Source: Acidobacteriota bacterium (GTDB lineage: Bacteria; Acidobacteriota; UBA890; WLXD01). Taken from it: a stretch of 64,000 nucleotides of DNA. The notes beneath the pieces are model-generated. The model had not been told where the DNA came from. It ran no database searches and saw only the letters and a list, made by a program, of their open reading frames with translations. The stretch lies in NCBI GenBank assembly GCA_965248845.1, contig CBDFKO010000002.1, positions 2,625,693 to 2,689,692 on the forward strand. The letters are read 5' to 3'. Positions 28,076-37,991 of the stretch are shown here, piece after piece (position 1 is the stretch's first letter; every line of letters begins with the position of its first letter). Made by a program: the position numbers and the translations under genes.

Positions 28076-31000
28076 CGGGGGGCTCCCTGAAGATAGGCGC
28101 GGGCTTCCTCGACCTGGTCGCGGTCGAGCTCGCCGTCGCCCCAATAGCGGAGGAATCTCTCATAGTGCCGCCGGGCCTCGGTGGTGTTGCCCTGGTCGGC
28201 GTGGAACTTGCCCAGCAGCCAGAGGGACCGCACCCAGATCACGCCCTGGCGCCCCCGGCTCAGCGTCGCGTCCCGGATGGCCTCCAGATGCGGTATCGAC
28301 TCCTGCTCCCGGCCGAGCCTCCACAGCGACCGCGCCAGGTAGTAGCGCAAGACCACGCCCTCATCGGTGATATCACGGGTCGGCAGGAGCATCAGGGCCT
28401 GCTCGAGGTTGCGGGCCGAATCGGTGAAGTCGCGGCGCGCGAAGGCCATGATGCCGTCGATCTGATGATCGATGCGGCGGCGAGTCCTCGGCGGCAGCGG
28501 CATCTCCGCCAACAGCTGGAACACCTCCGCACGACGTTCGCGGACCGCATCCTCGTTGCCCAGCATCGCGTAGGCCAGGCCCTCCGCGAGCAGCGCGGTC
28601 TGCTCGAAGCCTGGCTCGAAGCCCTCGGCCCGCATGGCCGCGACGAGCTCGAGCACGCGAGCCGGGTTCTCGAGCAACTGCTCCAGCTCGGCTCGTTTCG
28701 CGGTCGCCGCGGACCAAAGCGGTCCGCCGGTCGGTGCCATGGCGACCGCCTCGTCGAGAGCAGCGCGCGCCTCGTCTGCGCGCCCGAAATACAGCAGAAC
28801 ATCGGCGCCCAGCAGCAAGGACTGGTGCGCGGCAGGCTCGCTGCCGCCGTCTCCGAGCCGATCCAGCGCCGCGAAGGCCGCGTCGAACTGTTCGGCCAGC
28901 ATGTGGACGCCGGCCTCGAAGCCGAATCGCCGCGGGTCGGGGCGCAGCTCCTGGGCCCGTGCGAGCGCCGCAAGGGCTTCGTCGAAGTGGCCCGCCCGTG
29001 TCAGCTCGACGGCCAGGTTGTTGTAGCCCTCGGCGTTGTCGGGATTGGCCTCGGTGTAGTCGCGCAGCACGCCCACGGCGTCCTCGTAACGGCCGGTAAT
29101 AGCGTAGGCGTTGGCCAGAGAATTGAAGGTGCCGGCAAAGCGATGGCCCTGGCGTCGGAGCTCCTCGAGATGCTCAATTCCCTCGTCGTAGCGTTCCAGG
29201 TTGATGAGCTCGATGGCGACGTTGTTGCGCGCCGGCAAGTGATCCGGGAACAGCTCGAGCTCCTTGGTGTACGCCTCGATCGACTCGCCGATGGTGTCTG
29301 GAGACAGCGAGTAGTACCGGCCCTGGATGTAGAAGCGCTCGCGGGGCGGCAGCTTGTCCGCCAGATCGAAGGCCCGCCTGGCGTGCCGCCGCGCCATCTG
29401 CGGGTCGCCTTCGTTGCCGTACGCCACCGACAGCTTGGCGAAGGCCATGGCGAACTCCGGATCGATCTCAACCGCCTCCTCCAGCAGCGGGATCGCCAGA
29501 TCCTCCTTCGACTGCAGATTGAGCGTCACCGCCTGGTTGTACAGCCGGTAGGCGCCGACGTCGGCGGTCGTGACCTACTTGAGGGCGCGCCCGCCCATGC
29601 CCGCGTCGGCCATCTTCGTGCTCATCTCCGGCGACAGCTCGGGCATGGCGAAGTTGTCGGTGATGCGATCGGTCAGATTATCGACCAGGGCGAAGATCTC
29701 GTCAGTTGCGCCAGAGACACTCTCGGAGGCCAGCACGTCGCCGGTGCGCGCGTCCTGCACGCGTGCGTCGATACGCACCTGGTCGCCGATGCGCGCGAAG
29801 CCACCGAGCACCGCCGTGTTCATGCGCGCTTGCCGCGCGACGCTCTGAACCGTCTCGAAGGAGGTCCTGTCGTCGTCGAGGTTGCCCATCTCCTCGAGCA
29901 TCGAGTAGAGACGATCGGTGCCGAGCACGCGCAGGTTGGGCGATTGCGAAAGGTCGGTTACCAGCATGTCGGCCAGGCCGGTACGCAACCAGTCGAGGTC
30001 GGCATCGTTGCTGAGGTTGTCGAAATAGAAGACGGCGACGGCGGGCGCTTCGGCGGCCGTCGGGATCGCCCCGAAACCGTCCGGCGAGCCGACGCCTCCC
30101 CCGCGCCGAGCATCGCGGAAGACGAAGCCGACGACGAGGAGCAGGACAAGCGCCGCGGCCGAAGCGAGCATCCCGGGGCTTGCCCACGGCCGCCGGGCGA
30201 GGGCGGGGGCCTGGCGCACGCCCGAGTAGAGCCCCGACTCGAGCGCCTCGCCGGTGTCGAGGTCGCGCTTCGCGTCCGCCAGGTCCTGACGCATGTCGGA
30301 GACTGTCTGGTAGCGCTCGGAGGGACGCTTGGCGAGCGCTCGCTTGATGATCCGCGCCACCGGGATCGGCACGGCCTTGTTGATGTCGCTGACCGAGCTC
30401 GGGTCGTCCTTGAGGATCGACGACAGGATCGAGAGATTGGTGTCGCCCTGGAAGGGTCGCTCGCCGGTGATCATCTCGAACAGCAGGATTCCCAGCGAGA
30501 AGATGTCGGACCGATGATCGAGGCTGCGACCCTCCGCCTGCTCCGGCGACATGTAGGCGACCGTGCCGATGATCTTGCCTTCGCCGGTGAGCGCTCCGGT
30601 CTGCATCTGGGTCATGCCCTCGGGCCCGGAGACCGTACGATGGATCTTGGCAAGACCGAAGTCGAGCACCTTGACCCGCCCCTTGTCGGTGACCATGACG
30701 TTGGCGGGCTTGAGGTCGCGATGCTGCACGCCGCGCTCGTGTGCGGTGGCGATCGCGTCGGCCAGGGGGATGGCGATCTCCAGGAAACCTCCGGCCGCCA
30801 AGTCCTCCTTGGGGACCACCGCGTCGAGGGTCTGGCCCTCGATCAGCTCCATGGTCATGAAGCGCAGGCCGTCGGCCTCCTCGACCGAGTAGATCGTGAC
30901 GATGTTGGGATGGTTGAGCGCGGCGACGGTCTTGGCCTCGCGCTCGAAACGCTCGAGCCGGTCGCGGTTCTCGGCCAACTCGGGCGGCAGCAGCTTGAGG

Positions 31001-31107
31001 GCGACGTCGCGGTTGAGCTTGGTGTCGTGGGCCACGTACACCTCGCCCATGCCGCCCTCGCCGAGCTTGCGTACAATCTCGTAGTGATTCAGCTGCTTAC
31101 CGACCAC
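28072..31107 (-). pseudogene. Ser/Thr kinase with periplasmic and TPR domains, interrupted by an in-frame TAG
   Basis: The two track ORFs (29575..31107 and 28072..29529) share one frame (31107 and 29529 are congruent mod 3). The text reads ..GGRALK-TAG-VTTADVGAYRLYNQAVTLNLQSKEDLAIPLLEEAVEIDPEFAMA. Motifs are HRDLKPAN and DFGLAK. The stop overlaps the M2 ATG (ATGA). Confidence 0.8.
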
Positions 31108-31715
31108 CGGATACTCCGTAGGGACGAGATTCCAAACGTCTGGCGCCGGGGAAGGCCGTGACTGAGCAAGCCCTCAGGATCCGCGTCGTCTCGACGTCGA
31201 ACCCGGGGTTGTGGGGCCTGTCCTCGCGCACGTTGAGAAACGCCGCGGCTCCCTGCCGCTGACTCCAGCCGGTGCACAGCAGCACCCACGACGCCGACGG
31301 GATCGTCCCGTGGTCTTGCTCCCATCCTGCCAGCGCGTCGGGGGACAGCAGGTAGTCCTCGTCCTCGGCGACCCGGCTACGCACGTCGATGACGCAGGCC
31401 GGTCCGACGAAGCGCTCGGCCGGAATCGTGTCGGTCGTGTTGTCTGGCAGTTCCCTGCCGGTGATCCAGTGCGCCGGCGCGTCGAAGTGCGTGCCGGTGT
31501 GCTCGCCGAGGTGGAGCGCGTTCCAGTACCAGGCCGGGCCACTCTCGTCGAAGCGCGAGATGGTCTCGATGGTGACTCCGGGGGAGGCTGCGAACTGGGG
31601 CGGCAGGCCGATCACGGGGGTGTCGGGCCCCAACGGCTGACTGAGATCGACGACGCGAACGCTGCCAGAGGCGAGTCCGGCTACGAGCTGCGAGCTGCGA
31701 GAGTGCTTCGCTCAT
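31097..31715 (-). pseudogene. Cyclase-family (kynurenine-formamidase-like) gene with a 7-bp duplication frameshift and a short C-terminus
   Basis: HTGTHFDAPAH motif. ATG at 31715 (ATGA overlap with the upstream gene) is out of frame with the body. Deleting one GAGCTGC unit restores MSEALSQLVAGLASGSVRVVDLSQPLGPD... The conserved downstream His/Glu region appears missing. Confidence 0.7.
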
Positions 31716-32290
31716 GGTTCCTCTTGCAGATAGCGGGCGAACTGAAAACGATTCTCGAGCAACTTCAGATCGGTGACGAAGGCCTTGGGGCCGATGTCGG
31801 CTACCTTGGCAACGAGGGTCGTCGGCGCCTCGGCGTTGCGAGCCGCGCCGAGTGCGCGCTCCAGCTCCTCGAGAGTATCCACGCACATCGAGTGCGGCAT
31901 CCCGGCACCGGCGGCTATGGCGGCCAGGTCGCTACCCGTGGAGGTGGCCGTGGGAAAGCCGCCGACCGACAGCAGGCTCTCGTTGTCGAAGACCAGGTGG
32001 ACCAGATTCTCGGGTCGATAGTGAGCCAGGGTGGTGAGGGTCCCGAGGTTCATGAGCAGCGATCCGTCGCCGTCGATCACCACGACCTGCCGGTCGGGAC
32101 GCGACAGCGCGATGCCGAGCCCGAGCGACGACGCCAATCCCATGGCGTGCTGCAGGTAAAAGAAGTTCGGCCGGTGCCCGATCTGCTGCAGCTCGGCTGC
32201 GACGGCGCCCATGATCGTCACCACGACGCACTCCTGGAGCTGAGGGTAGATGGCCCGTAACGCGTCGATGCGCAGCATCCGATCGCTCAT
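31712..32290 (-). CDS. TPP-dependent decarboxylase beta subunit (sulfopyruvate/phosphonopyruvate decarboxylase-like)
   Basis: GDGSLLMNLGTL TPP-binding motif. GGAGG lies upstream of the ATG at 32290. Confidence 0.8.
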   Translation of the reverse strand: MSDRMLRIDALRAIYPQLQECVVVTIMGAVAAELQQIGHRPNFFYLQHAMGLASSLGLGIALSRPDRQVVVIDGDGSLLMNLGTLTTLAHYRPENLVHLVFDNESLLSVGGFPTATSTGSDLAAIAAGAGMPHSMCVDTLEELERALGAARNAEAPTTLVAKVADIGPKAFVTDLKLLENRFQFARYLQEEP

Positions 32291-32309
32291 GGGCGTGCCT
32301 CCGGCTCGA

Positions 32310-32829
32310 TCATTCGTCCTCCCACATCAGGTCACGGCCTAGCAACAACGCGACCGGTCGTAGCGCCGAGTGCGCCAGCGTCAGCGACTCGCTCAGCCGG
32401 TGCTGGACCTGCTCGCGAGCGTCGAGCCGCTGGTAGGGGATGCGCAGCGCTTGCAGCACCGGTTCGGTGACGCCACCGCCCTCCGTCTGCCACGGATCGA
32501 TCCCGTTCGCCGTGGCTACCGCGGTCGCTGATCAGCATCAGGAGTGGAATGCGGTACAGCTGGGCCCCCGAGACGATGCCGTTGACCGACGCGAGAAAGC
32601 CGTGGTTCTGCATCAGCATGGCCGAGCGCACACCCGCGAAGTGGGCGCCCATTGAGATCCCGACCCCCTCCTCCTCCTTGGCGAGACGCACCAGCGTCAT
32701 CGCCGGGTCGTCCTCGGCCATGCGGATCAGGTGAACGAGCCAAGTTTCCGGCAGCGCCGACACCAGTCGGACGTCGCACCGCTTGAGCGCGTCGTAGATG
32801 ACCCGCGAGCTGTCGACCGATACCGGCAT
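32310..32829 (-). pseudogene. TPP-dependent decarboxylase alpha subunit with one frameshift
   Basis: One frame reads ..MQNHGFLASVNGIVSGAQLYRIPLLMLISDRG. The text then continues as ..GIDPWQTEGGGVTEPVLQALRIPYQRLD..LLLGRDLMWEDE in another frame, ending at TGA 32310..32312. The shift lies within about 32495..32525. Confidence 0.7.
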
Positions 32830-34409
32830 GTGCGAGACCTCGGCGAACCGTCAATAGCGGGGCGAGTCTAGCAGGCCACAGTGGAGCGCCCTCCGAACCC
32901 GGCTTTCTGCCCAGCATCGAATATCCTGTAGGGCGGCGCTTGACGCACCCTCGAGCGTGTTCGTACCGTTCTGCTTCTCCTTTCCCCACCTTCGCATGCG
33001 CACTACCGACCGATCGTCCTGCCCCCGCCCGCTGCGACGCGCCCTGGTGGTGTCCGCGTGCACGCGCGGGCCCACCATCACCTGCTCCAGATCGTCGGGC
33101 GGGGGCGCCACGGGCCGCAAGCGGGCGAACAGCTCGCTCATGTCGACGCCACCCCGGTGGGCCCGAATACCGTGCTCCCAGGCGGCGGCGTAATCGTTGA
33201 GCTGGAAGGTGACCTCGGCCAGACGGGAGTGCGTCGCCGGGGCCCCGGGCCTGAGCTGCAGGGACCGGGTGTAGGAGTCGCGCGCCTCCTGCCAACGCTC
33301 CATCTGCTCGAGCACCAGGCCGCGGCCGAAGAAGGGCGAACCGATATCGGGAGTCGTCTGGGCGACGAAGTCGAGCTGCCCCAGCGCTCCCTCGTAGTCG
33401 CCGAGCTCGAACTCGACGCTCGCCTGTCGCAGGGAGTCCACGGCGGCCACGTAGTCCTCGTCGCTACGGTAGATGCCAGGTTGCACCACGATCTGGTGGT
33501 TGGCCGCGGGCACCTCGACCTCGAGCTCGTGCCATCCCGCCTCGAAGGGCTTCGGAGTCTCGTAGGCCAGCACGTAGTAGTCGCGGAGCAGGCCCACGGT
33601 GTCGGCATAGCCGTGGCGCAGGTCCTTCTGTACAACGACTTGCCCGCCGGAAACTGGCGCCAGCTCCCGAAGCTGGTCCTGCAAGGTGCGCAGGTTCTCC
33701 CAGGCCTGGCGGGTCAGGGCACGCTGTTGCGGGGTCGCCGAGCGCACGATGCCCCACGATGCCCCACGGTACCGCGGCGCTTCCGCGGCCAGCCCGACCG
33801 CCACCGCGAAGACCGGCACCTCCGAGCGCATGCTGGCCAGAAGCACGTCGGAGTAGCTGGCGCGGCTGCCGAGATCCTCGCCGTCGGTCAGAACCACCAT
33901 GGCGGCCCGGCGTTCGGCGGCCTCCTCGAGGCTCAGTGCCTCGCCGCAGGCCGAGCCGCGGGCCGGCGCCATCCACATCGACCCCATCATGTCGTCGAGC
34001 TCCTCGGCGGCCGCGGAGGCCGAATCGGGGCGGCGCTGGTCGAGGGCGCCATGAGCCGTGAGCATGGCGTCGTAGAGGCGTGTCTGGGCGCCGAAGGGAT
34101 AGCTGCCGATCGTGCCGCGGATCTCGAACGAATCGGGCGAGCCCCAGACACCCGGTCCCACGCGGTAGTGGAAGGGCACCAGGTAGACGCAATCGTCGGG
34201 GCCCAGGGCATCGAGGAAGTCGTGCGCCGCCTCGCGCGCCGCCTCGCCCGACCAGTCGCGGCGAATGCTGTTGGAGAAGTCCAGAACCAGGGCCACGTCG
34301 AGCCTGTACCGCACCGGGTCGAGCGCCAGCATCACCTCGCGCGGCTTGCCGTCCTCGAGAACAACGAAGTCCTCGATCCCGAGTCCCGGCACCGGGCCGC
34401 CCGCGTCGT

Positions 34410-35722
34410 CTAGCAGGCTGCTGAAAAACGGCTCGAGCGCGCCATTTTGGGCTGGATCGTCTCGATCAAGGTGAGTTGCCCGGCCGCCGTGTGCGAGTGC
34501 GAGGCTCTGGTTGCCGGCCGCGCCGGTATTTCTTGGGCGGTTAGTCCCGATATCGTCACGTCGCCCCCTGGAGGTTGCGCATTCTGACCAGGTTGAAGGC
34601 AGCGGCGGTGAAGGTGAACATCCAATCGACGCGTTCGGTGCCTCGGTGCCGCGTCTTGCGCATCAGCCCGACCGTCTTGGCCCATCCGAACATCTGCTCG
34701 ACGAGCTTGCGTTTCCTTTGACTGACCTGGTAGCCGGGGTGGTGGGTTGTGCGCCGGTCGATGGCGCTGCGCCGATTGGTGTCGTTCTGTGCAACGTGCG
34801 GGGTGATGTTCCGATCTCGAAGCTTACGGACGCACTCGCGTGTGTCGTAGCCCTTGTCGGCCGCCAAGGTCACCCTGCGGTTACCGGAAATCTTGTCCGC
34901 CATTTGCACCGCCGCCTCTCGTTCCGCTGTCCCGGAAGCGATCGTTACGCATGCCTTGGTTGCTAACCCGTGGCGGTTGTCGATCATCAGGTGCCCCATG
35001 TAGCAGAGCTTCGACTCGGCTCCCCTACTTTTCTTGTACAGGCGTGCGTCCGGATCGGTCCTGGAGGCGTGAGTATCGTTTGTGCGCCGTTGTTTGCGAA
35101 AATCGACGCTCGGGTTGCTGCCTCCCTCATCGGAGTCGCTCTGATCCTTCGGCTTGAAGCTCTTGTGTGAGGCCCACGCCTCGATCAGCGTGCCGTCCAC
35201 CGTGAAGTGCTCATCCGATAGCAGGCTGCGGCGCCGTGCCTCCGCCAGCACTTCCTGGAAGAACACCTCGGCGACCTCGCCTCCCAACACTCGATCCCGG
35301 TTCTTCGTGAACACCGTCGCATCCCACACCAGATCGTCCATGTTCAGGCCCACAAACCACCGGAACAGCAGGTTGTAGTCGAGCTGCTCCATCAGCATGC
35401 GCTCGGAGCGAATCGTGTACAGCACCTGCAGCAGCAGCGCCCGCAGCAGCTTCTCCGGCGGGATCGACGGACGGCCCGTGTGCGAGTACAGCTTCTCGAA
35501 CAGCGGCGACATCCGCCCCAGCACATCGTTGACGATCTTCAGCAGCGGCCGCAGCGGATGCTCCTTCGGTACTCGCTGCTCTGGAGATACGTAACTAAAA
35601 ACCGCCACCTGTCCCGCGTCCTCACCACGCATCTGCTCACCTCGTTGATGCTTCGGTTCTTGCCGCGGGCTGCGTGGTTCAAAATCTACTCGAACAAGGG
35701 GAGTTTTTCAGCAGCCTGCTAG
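34410..35722 (-). mobile_element. IS5-family insertion sequence, copy 3 (1313 bp)
   Basis: Same inverted repeats, flanked by CTAG on both sides. Confidence 0.95.
34556..35632 (-). CDS. IS5-family DDE transposase (358 aa)
   Basis: Near-identical to copies 1, 2 and 4. Confidence 0.95.
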   Translation of the reverse strand: MRGEDAGQVAVFSYVSPEQRVPKEHPLRPLLKIVNDVLGRMSPLFEKLYSHTGRPSIPPEKLLRALLLQVLYTIRSERMLMEQLDYNLLFRWFVGLNMDDLVWDATVFTKNRDRVLGGEVAEVFFQEVLAEARRRSLLSDEHFTVDGTLIEAWASHKSFKPKDQSDSDEGGSNPSVDFRKQRRTNDTHASRTDPDARLYKKSRGAESKLCYMGHLMIDNRHGLATKACVTIASGTAEREAAVQMADKISGNRRVTLAADKGYDTRECVRKLRDRNITPHVAQNDTNRRSAIDRRTTHHPGYQVSQRKRKLVEQMFGWAKTVGLMRKTRHRGTERVDWMFTFTAAAFNLVRMRNLQGAT

Positions 35723-35804
35723 GGCGAAGCGCCCGTTGTCGAAGCCGATCACCGGCATGTTGGTAGCGACCGTGGCTGCGGTGATCGGTCGCCCGCCGAG
35801 GGGC

Positions 35805-37979
35805 TCAGGGCAGCCGTAATTGCCACCAGGCGAAAGCCAGAAGGGTGGCAGCGTCCTCGATCGAGCGCTGACGGGTGCGCCCGCCGGCATGGCCCCGGCG
35901 CGGATCGTAGCGCAGGATCACCGGGCGGCCGGAGTCGGTGGCTGCCTGCAGTCGCGCCGCCATCTTGCGGCCCTGCAGCGGCGGGACCCGGGTGTCGAGG
36001 TCGCCGGTGTGGATCAGCACGGCGGGATAGGCGGTGCCGACCTGGACCGCCTGGTAGGGCGAATGGGCGCGCAGGAACTCGAACTGTTCCGGGTCCGCCG
36101 CGTTGCCGTACTCCAGCAGCGCCGGCAGGTTGTTGGTGTCGCGAAAGGTATAGAAGCGCACCATGTCCAGGTCGGGAACGCCGCACAGCACAGCGCGAAA
36201 CAGGTCCGGCCGCTGCGTCAGCGCCGCGCCCACCAGCAGACCCCCGTTGGAGCCGCCGCGGATAGCGAGTCGCCGCGGCGAGGTGTAGCCGCGCTCCACC
36301 AGGTCCTCGCCGACCGCGATGAAGTCATCGAAGACGTTCTGCTTGTTGTGCAGCCAGCCACCGCGGTGCCAGGTCTCGCCGAACTCGCTGCCGCCGCGCA
36401 GGATCGCCTGCACCCAGATGCCCCCGGCCTCGACCCAGGCGGCGCCGGCGGCGCTGAAGCGCGGGGTGATCGCGACGTTGAACCCCCCGTATCCGTTGAG
36501 CATGGCCGGTGTGTCGAAGCTCGCGGCAGCGCCGGCCTGACGCATCACGAAATAAGGAACGCGGGTGCCGTCGCGGGAGCTGGCCCAGAGCCGCTCGACC
36601 TCGACGGTCGCGGCGTCGAAGACGACGTCGGGCTCCTCGCTGACCTGGCGCTCGCCGGTCGCCAGGTCGACCTCGTACTCGACGTTCGGGCGGTCGAGCC
36701 CTCCGATCGTCAGCCGCGCCGAGCCCCCGTCGGCGCTGGCGATGGACGCGGTGGAGAGCGGCGGCAGCTCGACCTCGGACTCCGGGGCACCCTCCGCATC
36801 GAGCAGCCGGATCCGCGACTCGACCTCAGACAGGTAGGTGGCGTAGATGCGATCGTCGATCAATGTCCAGCTTCGCAGGACCTCGCCGGTCTCCGGGATC
36901 ACCTCACGCCACGCCGTCGGGTCGGGATCGTCGAGATCGAGCGCCACGACGCGCCCGTTGGGCGCATCGAGGTTGGTGCGCAGGAACAGCTCGCCCTCGC
37001 GAAAGCGCGGTTGGAAGAGCGCGTCCTGCCCGGTTACGAGCGGTCGAACGTCACCGTTGAGCGTCACCCCGTCATCGCCGACCGGGACCAAGTACAGATC
37101 GTTGCTGCGCCAGCCGTGCTGCACGCTGAGGAGGAGATACGCGTCGTCGGCGATGCGCTGCACCGAGAGAAACCGCTCGGGGCCGTGGCCCTCGCCGAAC
37201 AGCTCCGGATCCTGCGCGACCGGCGTACCCAGCCGGTGGTAGCGCACACGCGGGCCGATCTCTCGGGAGCGGTGGACATACAGGAAGCCACTGGAGTCGG
37301 TGTCCCACAGCAGCGAGCCACCATACAGCGCATTGGGAAGCAGGTCGGGGAGGTCGGCACTCTCGGCGAGATCGCGCACCCGGATCTCGATCTCGTCCTG
37401 CCCGCCGTCGCGCACCTGGTACAGGAGGTAGCGTCCGTCGGGAGAGACGCTGCGGATACCGACGCTGGTGGTGCCATCGGCGCGGATGGCGAGCGGATCG
37501 ACGACGATCTCGTAGTCGCCGTCGGCGCTCGGCGGCTCCGATTCGCTGTCCGCGTCCGGGTCCTCGTCCTCGTCCTTGTCGTCCGCCGGCGCCGGACGGC
37601 TGACAATCCGGGCCACAGGCTCGCCGACGCGGCGCAGGGTAAAGAGCTCGATGTCCCCGGCGCGCCGGGGCGAACCGACATCGTCGGTATCCATGAGCTC
37701 GGTGAGCCGCTCGAGGAAGGCGGCACGGATCTCCTCCGTCGGCTCCAGCACGAGGCCGGCGTACTCGTTCTGCGCGGCGATCCAGGCGCGCGTCTCGGGA
37801 CTGTCCTGGTCCTCGAGCCAGCGGTAGTCGTCGGTGATCTCGACGCCGTGGATGACGTCGACAACCGGATCGACGCGTGTCTCCGGCGGTGGCGGCCCGG
37901 TCGGCGGCGGCGCGCAGGCGGCGAGCGTCAGTAGCGTCAAGATGGTCGGGCGTACGAACCTGCTGCTCGGGCGTCGCAT
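35805..37979 (-). CDS. Prolyl oligopeptidase (S9A family)
   Basis: ..ITDDYRWLEDQDSPETRAWIAAQNEY.. N-terminus, catalytic GGSNGG, and a lipoprotein-like signal. 724 aa and apparently intact. Confidence 0.9.
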   Translation of the reverse strand: MRRPSSRFVRPTILTLLTLAACAPPPTGPPPPETRVDPVVDVIHGVEITDDYRWLEDQDSPETRAWIAAQNEYAGLVLEPTEEIRAAFLERLTELMDTDDVGSPRRAGDIELFTLRRVGEPVARIVSRPAPADDKDEDEDPDADSESEPPSADGDYEIVVDPLAIRADGTTSVGIRSVSPDGRYLLYQVRDGGQDEIEIRVRDLAESADLPDLLPNALYGGSLLWDTDSSGFLYVHRSREIGPRVRYHRLGTPVAQDPELFGEGHGPERFLSVQRIADDAYLLLSVQHGWRSNDLYLVPVGDDGVTLNGDVRPLVTGQDALFQPRFREGELFLRTNLDAPNGRVVALDLDDPDPTAWREVIPETGEVLRSWTLIDDRIYATYLSEVESRIRLLDAEGAPESEVELPPLSTASIASADGGSARLTIGGLDRPNVEYEVDLATGERQVSEEPDVVFDAATVEVERLWASSRDGTRVPYFVMRQAGAAASFDTPAMLNGYGGFNVAITPRFSAAGAAWVEAGGIWVQAILRGGSEFGETWHRGGWLHNKQNVFDDFIAVGEDLVERGYTSPRRLAIRGGSNGGLLVGAALTQRPDLFRAVLCGVPDLDMVRFYTFRDTNNLPALLEYGNAADPEQFEFLRAHSPYQAVQVGTAYPAVLIHTGDLDTRVPPLQGRKMAARLQAATDSGRPVILRYDPRRGHAGGRTRQRSIEDAATLLAFAWWQLRLP

Positions 37980-37991
37980 TACTTCTTCCCT

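Larger units (their letters stand above)
32851..35758 (-). pseudogene. VWA-domain protein (TIGR03436-like) with C-terminal TPR, split by IS copy 3
   Basis: Removing 1309 nt joins ATG CCG GTG ATC GGC TTC GAC AAC GGG CGC TTC GCC CTA|GAC GAC GCG GGC GGC CCG in frame. The joined protein reads ..MPVIGFDNGRFALDDAGGPVPGLGIEDFVVLEDGKPREV... The last ~60 codons before 32851 look non-coding, so the true 3' end is uncertain. Confidence 0.7.

Noticed and set aside
32868-32876. CTAGCAGGC resembling a solo IS terminus.
   Set aside because: Only 9 nt match the IS end, and the next bases diverge. A match of this length is expected by chance in 64 kb on both strands.
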